This document shows, one piece after another, positions 62,768 through 64,000 of a stretch of 64,000 nucleotides of DNA. A program made the translations under genes and the position numbers. The stretch's first letter is position 1; the number at the start of each line of letters is the position of its first letter. Below the pieces are notes generated by a model, which saw only the letters and a list, made by a program, of their open reading frames with translations, was not told the DNA's origin and ran no database searches. This DNA is from Hypanus sabinus. Taxonomy: Eukaryota. Location of the stretch: NCBI RefSeq assembly GCF_030144855.1, contig NW_026781644.1:1-64000 (forward strand), in the 5' to 3' direction.

Positions 62768-64000
62768 CCCTCCACACCGTCCCATCACACACTTGCGGGG
62801 CCAGACACAGAGTGAATCTCCCACCACACCGTCCCATCACACAATCCCGGTGTCAGACGCAGAGGGAATCTCACTCCACACCGTCCCATCACACACAACC
62901 GGTGTCAGACGCAAAGTGAACTTCCCTCCACACCGTCCCATCACACAATCCCGGGGTCAGACACAGAGTGAATCTCCCTCCACACCGTCCCATCACACAC
63001 TCCCGGTGTCAGACGCAGAGTGAATCTCCCTCCACACCGTTCCATCACACACTCCCGTGGTCAGACACAGAATGAATCTTCCTCCACCCCGTCCCATCAC
63101 ACACTCCCGGGGTCAGACACAGAGTGAATCTCCCTCCACACCGTCTCATCACACACGCCCGGGGTCAGACACAAAGTGAATCTCCCTCCACACCGTCCCA
63201 TCACACACTCCAGGGGTCAGACACGGAGTGAATTTCGCTCCACACCGTCACATCACACACTCCCGGGGTCAGACGCTGAGTGAATCTCCCTCCACCCCGT
63301 TCCATCACACACTACCGGTTTCAGACACAAAGTGAATTTCCCGCCACACCATCCCATCACATACTCCCGGGTTCAGACACAGACTGAATCTCCCTCCACA
63401 CCGTCCCATCGCACACTCCCGGTGTGAGACACAGATTGAATCTCCCTCCACACCGTCCCATCACACACTCCCGGGGTCAGACACAGAGTGAATTTCCCTC
63501 CACACCGTCCCATCACACACTCCCAGTGTCAGACACAGAGTGAATCTCCCTCCACACCGTCCCATCACACACTCCCGGCGTCAGTCACAGAGTGAATCTC
63601 CCTCCACACCGTCCCTTCACACACTCCCGGGGTCAGACACAGAGTGAATCTCCCTCCACACCGTCCCTTCACCCACTCCCGGGATCAGACACAGAGTGAA
63701 TCTCCCGCCACAGCGTTCCATTATACACTCCCGGGGTCAGACACAGAGTGAATTTCCCTCCACACCGTCCCATCACACACTCCCAGTGTCAGACACAGAG
63801 TGAATCTCCCTCCACACCGTCCCATCACACACTCCCGGCGTCAGTCACAGAGTGAATCTCCCACCACACCGTCCCTTCACACACTCCCGGGGTCAGACAC
63901 AGAGTGAATCTCCCTCCACACCGTCCCTTCACCCACTCCCGGGATCAGAAACAGAGTGAATCTCCCGCCACAGCGTTCCATTATACACTCCCGTGGTCAG
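62768..64000 (-). repeat. 52-bp minisatellite, homogeneous array (~23 units, continues past the window end)
   Basis: Period 52 (tcagac at 62957 and 63009). Confidence 0.95.

Noticed and set aside
62768-64000. Regular 52-bp (and 36-bp) repeats as a CRISPR array
   Set aside because: Units are head-to-tail with no unique spacers, there are no cas genes, and the context is eukaryotic.

Overview
Eukaryotic, repeat-rich vertebrate genomic DNA with five N-gaps. The CR1, Rex1, Penelope and L1 repeats plus a GPR139-like receptor suggest a cartilaginous fish (inference). The ORF track misses the main content: a cluster of three paralogous multi-exon type II C-type-lectin-like (NK-receptor-like) genes, which I reconstructed by hand from GT/AG splice sites and shared exon sizes (117/99-132/143/65/181-193 nt). 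Gene A (+, 1288-11042; 5' exons outside the window) and gene B (-, 46398-36434) are in frame. Gene C (-, 62697-54843) is a pseudogene: it has an in-frame TGA and a full-length L1 inserted in an exon with a 14-15 bp target-site duplication. Between A and B lies a GPR139/142-like 7TM exon with a 1-nt frameshift. In all three lectin genes the 143-nt first CTLD exon is bracketed by inverted arrays of a 52-bp minisatellite. The rest is degraded LINEs (CR1, Nimb/I-like, RTE, Rex1, Penelope), solo LTRs, satellites and segmental duplications. TE boundaries are approximate unless a TSD or terminus is quoted.
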